DNA of 64,000 bases from Negaprion brevirostris (Eukaryota), in the NCBI GenBank assembly GCA_030324005.1, contig JARDVH010000140.1, forward strand, positions 25,943,622 through 26,007,621. The letters run 5' to 3'. This document shows, piece by piece, positions 37,381 through 49,869 of the stretch; the stretch's first letter is position 1, and each line of letters begins with the position of its first letter. Both the position numbers and the translations under genes were made by a program. Below the pieces are notes generated by a model. That model was not told the origin of the DNA and did no database searches. It saw only the letters and a list, made by a program, of their open reading frames with translations.

Positions 37381-38879
37381 CTGTGTCAAAGACTATCTGC
37401 TCATATTCATAAAATGAAAGTAGTGCAATGCAGCGTATAAGAGGCTGCTTTTCAACATGACAATTAGGCTGATTTGGAGTGTCTACAGGTGCAGGGCAAT
37501 TCAGCCTGGTCATATTTGTACTTTAAACATGAATGCTTTTCATTTCTAGCATGATCTGTTTCTGTTCAGTAGTGACAAATGCAGACTGCATAATTATATG
37601 CCAAATGTTTTATTGATTCTGGTTGACAGATTGCTACACTGGCCCACCCAATTTCTGTATCTGTCATCTTCCTAAAAGAAAAGTGAATTCCAGTAACAAC
37701 TGCAAACTTTATTGAGGCAGAACTTGGGCAAGGAAGCATGTGCGAAAATATTTTTTTCTTAAATTAATCCTGCCTTTTGTTGAGCATTGTGATATGAGAA
37801 TTGATCGATGCTTTATTTCTCATTGCTAAAAGTGACCATGAATCACTTAGCCATATTTTATTATGAAAGCTAAAAATTATTGTGTAAGGCATTGCACTTT
37901 TGCCCAGATTTTTGCTTTTATGTATATCTGTGTAGCCCATGTTAGAATAGAACAGACATTGCCAAGATAACTGTTGATAAAGTAAGCTTAATGCAAATTA
38001 AAGATCAAAGTATATTTTTGAGAGTATGATTCAAATGCAATTCAATTTATGAAACATAGAAAGCTATCAGTATTTCACGCTATCTTTACGTGTATATTTA
38101 GAAGTTAAGAAAATAAATGTCAAGTTTACTTCTGTGTTTCAAGAATGTTTTTGATTGCTCTGGTAAACGTGCCTATGGCATGACTGTAATCAGTTATTGT
38201 AATTTATCCAAAATTAGCAACAGTTACTTATTCACCAGCAGTCCCCAGGGGAAGATAGTACAAACAGCATCACTCTTTGCACAGCCTGAATTTGTGAAAA
38301 TCGTTTTTGGAAGAACCTTCTTTTTACAGGCTGATTAATATTTAAGTCACACCTTTGGTAGCTAACATTTGTGTAGGTTCAGATTTGTCCCACTCTTAAG
38401 AATAGATCTATATCAAAGCTCTCTTAAATGCATTTATTCTTGACTGTCTACATAAAGCAGTTTTGGCTTTATGCCAATAGTAAACTTGTGTGGAGTAAAT
38501 CCATTATTAAAGACCAATCCAATCCCAGGAGGATGCAGAATGAGAGTCCTGTAGGAGTATTAGTCTACTTATCTTTGTGTAAAGTTGGGCAAATTAGATA
38601 CATTTTACAAAGGCAAGAATCCAACACAGATTTTATGCCCATATATTGGGAAATTGTGTGCACCCCGACACACAAATCATAGGATGTGACTTCACGAATT
38701 CAAATTACCTCCATCTGACAGACTTAGTCGAGCATGAAGATTGCACTTGGAAAGACTTGCCCCTAAAATTGTAAGGCTGATACGCATGTCAGTGCAAAAC
38801 TGTTGGAATGTAAATGCACCCAATACTTCCATAACTGCACTGAATTGTACAAGAATTTTATAAAAAATATAGAAAATGG

Positions 38880-39220
38880 GGGGGCGGTGCGGTGGATGGT
38901 GGTATAGTGGTTAAGACAACTGCCTCACAGCACCAGGATCCCTAGTTCAATTCTGGCCTCGGATGACTGTGTGGAGTTTGCATATTCTCCCCATGTCCTC
39001 ATGGGTTTCCTCTGGGTGTTCCAGTTTCCTCCCACACTCCAAAGATGTGCAGGTTAGGTGAAATGACCATGCTAAATTGCCCCTTAGGGTCCAAAGATGT
39101 GTGGGTTAGCCATGGTGAATGTATGGGTTTGTGGGAATAGTGCCTGGGTAAAATAAGAAGGTGGGCCAGTGAAGATTGGATGGGCCGAATGGCCTCCTCC
39201 TCCACTGTCGGGATTCTGTG
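38880..39220 (+). mobile_element. HE1/V-SINE (CR1-type tail)
   Basis: ggtatagtggttaagac...tgggccgaatggcctcc. Confidence 0.88.
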
Positions 39221-39673
39221 TGTATTGCTTTACAGTGAAGATATGAATCAATGTAACTATTGCAATATGAAATGATGCTGGTCGACCTGAGTTCCAAATG
39301 AAATCAAATGCTTTTGCAGCATTCTATTTCAGAACAAAACACAGAACAGTGGTTTGGATATTAAATGAAATTTGGCTGCCAAGTGATTAAATTAAATAAA
39401 TCTTTTAATTAAAAAATAATCTCAATTAATTTCAGTTTTAATTGCATCTTTAATTGATACCGTTATCACCAGTACATTTGTGCGTGTTGCCTTTCTAATG
39501 ATCATTTCTGGTGGCCATGTTGGCCGTCTGTTTGGCTTGTGTGAGCAACAATGTTAGTCTTGGCTTTACTGTTAGCAAGGGGGGATTTTTCTGGCAGGGA
39601 AGAAGCTGATTACAAATTAGATAATTAGCACAAGGAGGTGGTTATACAGAGCCAATCAGAAGTACTGAAAATC

Positions 39674-40033
39674 TTTTTTTAAAAATTCATTTGTGGGGCA
39701 TGGGCATCACTGGCTGGCCAGCATTTATTGCCCATCCCTAGTTGCCCTTGGAGGGCAGTTGAGAGTCAATCACATTGCTGCAACTCTGGAATCATGCAGG
39801 CCAGACCAGGTAAGGATGGTAGATTTCCTTCCCTAAAGGACATTAGTAAACCAGATAGGTTTTATTGACAATCGACAATAGTTTCATGGTCATCAGTAAA
39901 TTCTTAATTCCAAATATTTTTTAAAATTCAAATTCTTTTTTCTGCTGTGGTGGGATTTGAACCCAGGACTCCAGGATATCAGTTGAGTTTCTGGATTAAT
40001 AGTTGAGCAATAATCCTGCAAGGCCATTGCCTG
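39674..40033 (-). mobile_element. SINE family B
   Basis: Reverse-complement homology to 14449-14819. Confidence 0.88.
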
Positions 40034-40859
40034 CTCTATGTCTTTACCTGATGAGGTAAGAACAAGTAATAAAAATTTTTTTCAAATAATTCCCAATCTT
40101 TGGTATAACTGATTTCCTGAATGAAACAATTGACACAACTGAATGAATGTCATCTTCTCAACACTGAATTCTTTATTATGTTTGATGCATTATAGCAATN
40201 NNNNNNNNNNNNNNNNNNNNNNNNNNNNNNNNNNNNNNNNNNNNNNNNNNNNNNNNNNNNNNNNNNNNNNNNNNNNNNNNNNNNNNNNNNNNNNNNNNNN
40301 NNNNNNNNNNNNNNNNNNNNNNNNNNNNNNNNNNNNNNNNNNNNNNNNNNNNNNNNNNNNNNNNNNNNNNNNNNNNNNNNNNNNNNNCGTAACATCAATC
40401 AATATCACTTAAGAAAAAAATGAATCACCAGAAAAAAGTGAATGCATTAATCATGAAAGTTAACTGCAATTAACTGACAGCCCTATATGAAATCCTCTAT
40501 TATTTATTCATATGGTTGCAGAGTGCTGTTTCCTCAGGGTGCCTGAGAAGGATCTTTAGCATCTGTTGCTTCAATTGCCTTTCGAACCCTGATCTCTGAC
40601 AGCTCGCTACATATTTTCTTAAATGCAACTTGACTTTTGTCAGATGGCCTTCCGTGCAATTTGCATCGTTACGTTTAAATTCTAATTTTCAATTTTTAGA
40701 ATCATTTCATTTGGAGTGATGGAAATTGTTATGGCAACAGTCTCAAAGGCTTTGAAAATTGTGCTCAAAGCCTTGAGAATTCTGAGTACTTCTCAGCTGT
40801 TGGAAATATTGGTAAAACCAGGCTGCAGTCATTCATCCCTATTCAAGCCAGTGATGGCA

Positions 40860-41110
40860 ACAGAATTATAGGATCCCTACAGTGCAGAAGGAGGCCAATC
40901 AGCCCATCATGTCTGCACTGACATCAACCCCACCCAGGCCCTATCCTTGTAACCTCACATAATCCCCCTGACACTAGGGGGCAATCCCAGCCAGACGTGT
41001 TCCCTGTAACCCCAAGTATTTACCCCGCTAAACCCCCCTAACTACACATCCTGGGACACTAAGGGGCAATTTAGCATGGCCGGTCCACCTAACCTGCACA
41101 TCTTTGGAGT
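40860..41110 (-). mobile_element. HE1/V-SINE 3' part with internal duplication
   Basis: ggatccctacagtgcagaaggaggcc...gacactaggggg...gacactaaggggcaatttagcatggc. Confidence 0.8.
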
Positions 41111-41217
41111 ATCTTTAGATAAACCTTTCTCAATTAAAATAATCCCTTGCTTCCCTTAGATGTATGATTTTCCCATGAATTCAGACCAGTTAATATTGTT
41201 GGTGGGAGATGGGAATA

Positions 41218-41520
41218 TTTTTATTTATTCATGGGAAGTGAATGTCACTGGCAAGGCCAGCATTTTTTGCCCATGCCTAATTGCCCATTTCAGAGGGCAT
41301 TTAAGAGTTGTTGTAGTGGAGTCACATGTAGAGCAGACTAGATAAGAATGGCAGATTTCCTGAACCAGATGGGTTTTTATGACAATTGATAATTCCAGAT
41401 TTTTATTGAATTCAAATTTCCCCATCTGCGAAGGTGGGATTCGAACCCAGGTCCTCAGAGCATTGCACTGGATCGCTGGATTAGTCACTAGCCCAGTAAC
41501 AATACCACTACGCCACCGCA
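41218..41520 (-). mobile_element. SINE family B
   Basis: ggtgggattcgaaccc (B box, reverse complement) and taccactacgccaccgc (A box, reverse complement). Confidence 0.85.
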
Positions 41521-42432
41521 TGCATCATGAATGTGGTGTGAACTGCCTCTGTATCAAGTGCCACCTGAATCCTTCGAGTCAGGTAAGCTAGGTTCAAATT
41601 GACCCTATTACCTAGTGACAGGAATGAAAATACTGGAGGAAGAGTCTTTCCCTTATAGATTTATTAGAAGTAATGATAGCCAAAGACAACAGACAGTGAT
41701 GTGAAGGCTGCAAAACATCTTGCAGTACAGTTGCTGAGCTCAGTGTCAGTAGCTAACCTTCGAACTTCTTTTCTTCTTGTTACAATGGTATAGTTATTAT
41801 ATCCTGTTCTGCAGTCCCTTATGTCATGCACCTCCCATGACCTTTAAGCTGAGTTAAAAAAGCTTACCACGTGCTCAGCAGTTCAAAGACTGTCTCGGTG
41901 GCAGTGATCTACAGCCTGTCTAACTATACTCGAGGAAAGTGAAAAGCAACTCCTTATACGCCAGAAGGTCATGACTACACAAAGATCAAACAACTATCTG
42001 TATGATTTCAGCTTGTACGAACCACTAAATAAAATTAAGGACTTGAGCTGATTTGGATGTTTTCCAAGCACTCCCTGCTGTGACTGGTTAATGTAGGCAT
42101 TGGGGGGAAAGATTTGGTCCCAAAGTGGCAGAGGTACCTGGGGGCAGACAACACTGTGGCCTTCATTACAAGATGCCACATAGGTCGCAGCCCATCTTGC
42201 TGCTTGCCCACTGAGTCGATGTAACTAGGAATCTTTCTGTCACTATCTCTTAGTTACAAAATGATAACCTCTGACAAAATGAAACTCGAACCCAATGTCT
42301 GGAATTTACGGTCATTCACACCGGTGGGATTATTCCATCCCACTGCAGTGAACAAAGGAGCGCCAAATTCCCTGACTTCACTGCAACGGGAGCATGATGT
42401 GAATGGCCAGTAAGATCGCCATCCTAATGGTT

Positions 42433-42790
42433 TTATTTATTCATCCATGGGACATGGGCATTGCTAGCTGGCCAGCATTTATTACCCATCCCCAGTTCTT
42501 GGGCAAGTTGAGAGTCAACCACATTGCTGTGGATCTGGTGTCACATGAAGGCTAGACTGGGCAAGGACGGCAGATTTTCTTCCCTAAAGGACACTAGTGA
42601 ACCAGATGGGTTTTTCCTGACAAGCAACAGTGGTTTCATGGTCATCAGTAGATTCTCAATTCCAGATATTTTTTATTGAATTCCAAATTCTACTATCTGC
42701 CGCGGTGGGATTCGAACCTGAGCCCTCAGAACATGAGCTGAGTTTCTGGACTAATAGTCTAGCGATATTACCATTAGGCCATCGCCCTCC
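42433..42790 (-). mobile_element. SINE family B
   Basis: Reverse-complement homology to 14449-14819. Confidence 0.88.
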
Positions 42791-43879
42791 TGAGTGGTGA
42801 AGCTCACCAGTGACAGAGGAAAAAACTACAAGGGTTTAACAATGACTGTGATATGGATTTCCCCTTTGCCAGCATCAATTTTTGGCCATTCAGCAGAAGT
42901 AGCAGGGTGAGCGACAAATCATTCGAAGTATTTGCACCAATTGCAAATCAGGAACTGAGCATAACTGAATCCCCTCACTTTTAGTTTTTAAATTTTACTG
43001 ATAGCAAAATGAATGATTGGGACATACAAATGGGATTAAGGTAGAAGATAAAATTCAAAATTTCTTTTGAATTTCAAAAGAAAAAAAGCTTGTAAAGAGG
43101 TGGAAAAATTCTTTCCTGATGAAGAAATTTAAGATGTCACAAATACAGATCTGTCTCAGGTCATTAGAATTAAAGTTTGACAGGCAGAACTTTAAAGGAA
43201 CAATGGGTTGTCTTTAAACAGGAAATGATACATTCCAGTGAGGGGAAAAGGTAGGGCAAGCAAACTTAGCATTCCCTGGATGGTGAAAGAAATAGAGGGG
43301 ATTTTCTTACCGGAATGAAGAGTGTGGCGAATCCTTAAGATGCGCTGAGAGGTGGAAAATCAAGTTTGTGTCTGGTTTTTCACCTATTACAATGTTACTG
43401 GCACTGATTTACCGGCGAAATTGGTTTTGAAAGGCTGCAAAGTGCATTTCAATATTCATTAGCCAATTTACGTATAATTAGTGAATCCTGGACACTATGA
43501 CGGGAAATATCCCAGTGAGAGCAGGGCACCTACACAATTGTGCGCCCAGAGCTCAGCAACTGGCTTCCTGGCAAGAACAGGCTCCACCCTCTTTCTACTG
43601 GTGAGAGTCAAATCTGAGCTCCATAACTAAGGGCTGTACGATTGGTATGATTCTCTCCCATTTTCATGCTCATTCGGCACTTCGAATTTATTTGGTAAAA
43701 TCACCCCCAGACAGTTAGATGAAGCAGCAAGATTTACACCTGGAAGCAGAGGGCGTGATTGAACTATTACATTAATTATTTGCGACTGCTTTTCCCAAGG
43801 AATAGAATGCTGCCAATTACAGTGTAAGAGCAAATAATTGAGATATTGGATAGGCTGATACTTGATAAAAGAGGAGATA

Positions 43880-45340
43880 TTGAAAGACTGACTGTATTTA
43901 AAGTTGTAAAATGACCAGGATTAGATGGTACATCCAAGGATGCTGAGGGAGGTAATTACAGAGGCACTGGGCATAATTTTCCAAACCTCCTTTGATACAG
44001 GGTTAGCATTAAATAGTATTATTCAAATAAAAGTGTAAGCTTAAAGCCATAGGTCTATAGGCCAGTTAATTATCGGAATCTTTTTAGAAACAGTAACTGG
44101 GACTATAATAAACAGTCAATTAGGAAAGGGCAGATTAATTAAAGAAAGCCAGCATGGATTTGTTAAATGAAATTGTATTCAACTAACTTGATTAAGTTGC
44201 TCGATGAGTTGATATAGTGCCCATGGAGTGGTGCACAAGAACCTCCAAAAGACAATTGCTAATGTGTCACACAACAGCAGAGTCGAAACCCTTGGAATAA
44301 AAGGGACAGTGGCAACATTGGTTTGATGTTATCTGAGTGACAGGCAGCAGAGAGTAGTGGTGAATGATTGTTGTTTGGACTGGAGGAAAGTGTGGAGTAG
44401 TTCCCCCAGGGATTGGTACTGGAACAAGTATCTTTCTTGATCTAAATTAATGACCTATGCAGCGTACAGTTTCAAAGTTGGCAGATTACATGAAACTTGG
44501 AAATGTTGCGAACTGTGAAGAGGATAGTGATAAACTTCAAGAGAACATAGGCTGATGGAATTTGCGGGGGGTGGGGAGAGGTTGGGGCACCTGGCAGATG
44601 AAACTCAGTGCAGTGGAGTGTTGCATTTTGGCAGGAAGTGTGAGGAGGGCTAATACAAAATAAAGGATATAATTCTAAAAAGGGGAATAGGGACCTGTGA
44701 TATAATTACACAGATCGATGAAGATGACAGGGCGTGTTAAGGAAGTGGTTAAAAAAGGCATACCAGATTCTGGGCTTTATGTAGAGGCATAGAGTACAAA
44801 AGCAAATAAGTAACAATGGATCTTGTAAAACATTGGTTTGGCCTCAACTGGAGTTCAATTCTGGCCACTGCACTTAAGGAAGGATGTGAAAGCTTTATAG
44901 AGTGTGCAAAAAGATTTGCAAGAATGGTTTCAGGGATGAGGAACTTCAGTTACGTGAATCAATTGGAGAAGGCATGACTGTTCTTCTTAGAGAAGCAAAG
45001 GGTAAAAAAGTAATTTGATGGAGGTATGAAAAATCATGAGGGTTCTAGACAGAGCTGATGAGGTGAAACTGTTCCAATTAAAGGGTCAAGAACCAGAAGA
45101 TTTAAGGTGAATGGCAAAAGAACCAATAGTGACATTTTTTATGCAGTATGGGGTTTGGATCTGGACTGCAATGTATGGTGGAAGAAGATAAAATCATGGC
45201 ATTTAAAAGAGAATTAGATGAGCGCCTGAAGAGAGAAAAATTGTAGTGCTATGGGGAAAGGGTGAGTTAGTGGCACAAACTAAATTGCTCTTGAAGAGAG
45301 CTGCAAGGGCATGATGGGCTGAATGGTCTCCTTCTTTGAT
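43880..45340 (+). mobile_element. Old CR1 LINE (RT to 3' end)
   Basis: ESQHGFVK, PQGLVL, LADY (decayed FADD), PQLE; tail atgggctgaatggtctcctt. Confidence 0.85.
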
Positions 45341-45993
45341 AGAATCATGGAACAGTTACAGCATTCTACTTTATAGGTCTCACCTTGCACTGCTTAATAG
45401 GTTTCAGAACAGATTGTGAAAAAAACTTTCCACATACAATATAGTTTAATAATTTCCATATGTCTGGGGAGACTAACTTATTAAATATTTCCTGTGCTTT
45501 GATTAAGTGGCTGAGCCTTCAGCTTTAGTGTTCAATTAGCCTGAGAGTTGTTTATTGGCACCTAAGCTCCTGGCAAACATAAAGAAATCCTAAAAGACTG
45601 CCTTAAGTCACTCCGTGATACTCATAATTTATATGGTCTTTTTAGCTCGTGATTAAAATATCAATAATGTACCACCAGTGGTGCAATACCATTATCAGTA
45701 ATGGAATATCTTATTTTTCTATAAATATGAAAACTCTAGTTAATAAAACTTTAACAGTGGTAAGAGACAATTACATATGATGTGCAATACAGTTGATTCC
45801 TTCTAAATTGATTATATCTGTTTTGATATGCTCGCATCTATTTTGACTTTGCGACATCCTGGAACTGGAGCTGAACAAAGATTTGTATTGATTGAGTTGT
45901 ATACAACCACAATCTATAACCTCACGGCCCAGTATATCACCCACTCTACCATAACTATTAAGCCAGGGAGTCAACCCTGGTTCAATGAAGAGT

Positions 45994-46278
45994 AATGTGG
46001 AGATGCCGGTGTTGGACTGGGGTAAGCATAGTAAGAAGTCTCACAACACCAGGTTAAAGTCCAACAGGTTTATTTGGTAGCACAAACCACAAGCACAAGC
46101 TTTCGGAGCACTGCCCCTTCATCATGGGGATGCTGGCATTGGACTGTTTGGACCAAATATGCCCTGTTTGTGAACAGAACTCCCACTCATCTGATGAAGG
46201 GGCAGTGTTCCGAAAGCTTGTGGCTTGTGCTACCTAATAAACCTGTTGGACTTTAACCTGGTATTGTGAGACTCCTTA
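45994..46278. mobile_element. Non-autonomous Penelope element made of inverted pLTRs
   Basis: Left arm 45994-46124 (minus), right arm ~46160-46278 (plus); 11-bp TSD caatgaagagt at 45983-45993 and 46279-46289. Confidence 0.9.
46188..46223 (+). ncRNA. Minimal type I hammerhead ribozyme motif
   Basis: cat CTGATGA a ggggc agt gttcc GAAA gctt gtg. Confidence 0.7.
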
Positions 46279-46808
46279 CAATGAAGAGTGAAGCAGGGCA
46301 TGCCAGGAATAGCATCAGGCATACTGAAAATGAAGTGTCAGTAGGGTGAAGGTACAACGCAGGACTCCTGGCATGCCAAACAGCAGAAGTAGGATATGAT
46401 AACAGAGCCAAGCGATCCCACAACCAGATCTAAATTCTATAGTCCTGTCACATCCATTCGTGAATGGTGGTGGTCAATTAGCAACTAATTACAGGAAGAA
46501 GCTCCATAAATATCCCAAACTTCGATGACAGAGGAGCCCAACATATCAGAGAAAAGGATAAGGTTGAAGCATTTGCAACTACCTTCAGACAGAAGTGCCG
46601 AGTGGATGATTAATCTTGGCCTCCTACTGAAGTTCCTGACATCACAGATGTCAGTCTTCAGCCAATTCGATTCACTCCACATGATGTCAAGAAATGGCCG
46701 AAGGCCCTCGATACTGCAAAGGCCCTGACAACATTCTGGCAATAGTACTGAAGACTTGTGCTCCTGAACCAGCTTCTGAAAAAAACAAGGAAGCAGCTGA
46801 ACAACAAT

Positions 46809-46933
46809 GGATGGGATTTTACAGCGTGGCTCGTCCCGAAACCGTGAAATCCCACCCGAGATCAATGGACCTTCCTATTGTCCACCTCTCCCCTGTTCCG
46901 ATTCCCCTGGCAGGCGGGGTGGTAAAATTCCAC
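46809..46933. mobile_element. Short MITE, same family as 4262-4394
   Basis: ggatgggattttac / gtaaaattccacc termini; internal homology in reverse orientation. Confidence 0.6.
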
Positions 46934-47489
46934 CATGACCTCTACCACCCAAAATGACAAGGGCAGTAGACAATGGGAACGCCACCCAAGCCACGCACCA
47001 TCTTGACTTGGAAATATGCTTCCAGGGATGAGGAAGCAAAAGGTAAAAGGTAATTTGATAGAGATGTGAAAAATCATGAGGCTTCTAGACAGAGTAGACG
47101 AAACTGTTCTAATTGAAGGATCAAGAACCAGAAGGAATTGATTTAAGGTGAGTGGCAAAAGAACCAGTGGTGACATTTTTGTGCAGTAAGTGGATAGGAT
47201 CTGGACTGCAATGTCTGATTGTATGGTTCCTTCACTGCCACGGGGGAAAAATCTTGGAACTCCCTCCCTAACAGCATCACATCGACTGCAGAGGTTCAAG
47301 AAGGCAGGGCAATTAATCATGGGCAATAAGTGCAGGTCAAACAAGCAATGTCCACATCCTGTGGAAGAAAGAAAGAAAAGCTATCTCTCCATTCAAAATT
47401 CTTGTGGGGTTGGTAGCAGTTGGAAGAAGCTTCGTGAACAGATTAAGATGAGCAACCGGAGACAACATGTAAACGTTGGGAACATTTTG

Positions 47490-48330
47490 TGAAGTTGAGC
47501 AGAGCTGGGGAGATAAAATGATGTGAAACTGGGAGCAAAGACAGGGAGCTAAAAGAGCAGAAGGAAGAGTAGGCCCAAGAGCACAGGCAGGGAGATTGAA
47601 GAGCAAGAGAAAGACCAACCCCAAGAGCAGAACTGGGGAGATAGAAGAGTGTGAAAGAGAATGAGGCTGAGAGCGGAGCCAGAAGGTGGAATCATCGAAT
47701 CCCTGCACTGCAGAAGGAGACCATTTGGCTCATCGAGCCTGCACCAAGTCTCTGACAACAATCCAAGCTAAAAAAGCAAGACCCAGAGTGGGTCTGGGGA
47801 GATAAAAGAATGTGAGAAAGATCACGAGCAGAGTCAGGGAGTTTAAAAGAATGCGGTAAGAGAGGAAATGTGAGTGGAGCTGGAGGTATAACAAAATGTG
47901 AAAGAGTGGAACCAGAGTTAGAGAGTGTGAGCAAGGTCGAATCNNNNNNNNNNNNNNNNNNNNNNNNNNNNNNNNNNNNNNNNNNNNNNNNNNNNNNNNN
48001 NNNNNNNNNNNNNNNNNNNNNNNNNNNNNNNNNNNNNNNNNNNTAGAGAGTGTGAGCAAGGTCGAATCCAAGTTCAGAGCCAGGGAGATAAAGGATTGTG
48101 AGGTAGAGCAAGACTGAGAGTAGAATTGGGGAGATAAAAGAATGTGAGAAAGAGAAAGACAGAGAGCAGAGCCTGGGAGATAAATGAGCATGAGAAAGAC
48201 CAAGAACAGAGCTGCAGAGAAAGAAGAGGAAGGGCAAGACCAAGAATAGAGCTGGGGGAGGATAAAGGAGGGCAAGAGAGGGGGACTGAGAGCGCAGCTG
48301 GGTAGATTAAAGAGCACAACAGAGAGTGCA
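47490..48330 (+). repeat. Degenerate purine-rich tandem repeat
   Basis: Recurring agagc/aactggggagataaaagaatgtgagaaag-like unit, at least 7 copies. Confidence 0.7.
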
Positions 48331-49152
48331 GCCAGCGAGTTATGGGCGTGTGATAAATAGTGATTCTGAGAGCAGAGAGAGTCTGGTAATTGGCTATCGT
48401 CTTGTTGCCCATTAGTGACTTACTGTGGTTTGGCACTAACACAGTTATTGTCAAGATTAGAATAGATATTATGGTGACAAATCAGCCAAATAGACCTTTA
48501 AATATATTGGATTAGAAATAAAACAATATAGTTTTAAGGTTACTTTGCATCAACAATTGTATTTGCAGAGTGTTAGCCCTACTGCAGTCAGTTCGACTAG
48601 GTCTTTGCAAAAGGATGTTTCTAAAGATGAGACGGGGCAGCTGTGGAGTCTGGTTTGGCAATTAAATCGGCAGGATACACAGACAAGGCTGGATTCAAGT
48701 TTTGATGTTCTTGAACTGTGTAATATCATGAAACATCTCCAAGCTTCAGGATACATTACAAGCAAACAAACCATTAAAAAAGCTAAAGATGGAGAAATTT
48801 GTACTCAAATTTCCATCTTTATGTGATCCTAAGATCTCAGGCTTTCAAGTGCAGTGAATAATTCTTGTGGGTGAAAATAGAAAGTGTTATGCTCTGGTTT
48901 GGGAAGACAAGAAAATGAATGATAAAAGAAATCACCCTGGCTGCAGAGATTCTTCCATTAGCCGAGGCAGTTGACATGATATTCTTTTAACCTAACATGT
49001 TAGGAGAGCTATTAAGTGGGAGAAAAGATGAAGGGAATGTCCTATTAGAGTGTTGTATTGACAATTCATCCCATAGGAATAACATAAACTCTGCAAAGGT
49101 GTAAATGAAAAATGATTATAAATTAATATTGCAAATCTAAAGCAAATGGTGG

Positions 49153-49545
49153 AATCATAGAATACCTACAGTGCAGAAGGAGGCCATTTGGCCCATCACG
49201 TCTGCACTGACTCTTGAGTATCCAGACCCTTTCCCCCACTCTATCCCTGTAACCACACACATTTACCATGGCCAATCCATCTAACCTACACCAGTGTGTT
49301 GATACAAAAAGGTAGTTTATTTATTAGTCACAAGTAAGGCTTATGTTAACACTGCAATGAAGTTATGTGAAATTCCCCTAGCCGCCACATTCCAGTTCAA
49401 TGCGCTTAACCAGCACGTCTTTCAGAACGTGGAAGGAAACCCACAGAAACATGCAAAGTACACACAGACAGCGCCCCAAGCTGGGAATTGATCCTGGGTC
49501 CCTGGCATTGTGCGGCAGTAGTGTTTACCACTGTGCTACCGTACA
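49153..49545 (-). mobile_element. Two adjacent V-SINE pieces (CR1-type tail 49153-49290; Rex1-type tail 49316-49545)
   Basis: aatcatagaatacctacagtgcagaaggaggcc and tttatttattagtcacaagtaaggc. Confidence 0.8.
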
Positions 49546-49869
49546 AGTCATCAAACTGTTTCACCAGAATGAATGCTTGCAGTGAAAAATTGTTGGGGGC
49601 ATTGAAGATTGACAACCCATAGTGTGAGCTTTTTTATAATTGTATGATATATTTTTCTATCTTCAGCTTTTTACTTTTCTGGAAAGGAAACAGATTTGGT
49701 TTTGCTTAAAGAAGGGAATATGTTCATGTTGCATTGTGTTGGAATGCAATGCATNNNNNNNNNNNNNNNNNTTAAACACAATTCTCCCCAATTGTGGAAG
49801 GATTAGGGGTTCAATGTGAGAGTACACTATAAGTACACTTCTTAAGCGTGCACTAAAATCACAAACTCT

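Larger units (their letters stand above)
45890..47375 (+). mobile_element. LINE family B fragments with nested Penelope element, MITE and CR1 piece
   Basis: QPWFNEE, GPDNILAIVLKTCAPE; 3' part atcttgacttggaaatat...gggcaataagtgc. Confidence 0.75.

Noticed and set aside
38895-38960. tRNA-like sequences at SINE heads
   Set aside because: They continue into SINE bodies and lack full cloverleaves; not tRNA genes.
40048-40062. CTGATGA hammerhead-like heptamer (also ~21062, ~22749, ~43116)
   Set aside because: No stem II followed by GAAA; 22749 lies in Gypsy coding sequence.
41935-41945. ISRE-like GAAAGTGAAA
   Set aside because: Single short motif with no promoter context; expected by chance.
47692-48454. 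Leu/Ser-rich minus-strand ORFs of 126-195 aa
   Set aside because: By-product of the pyrimidine strand of the purine repeat and an N gap.
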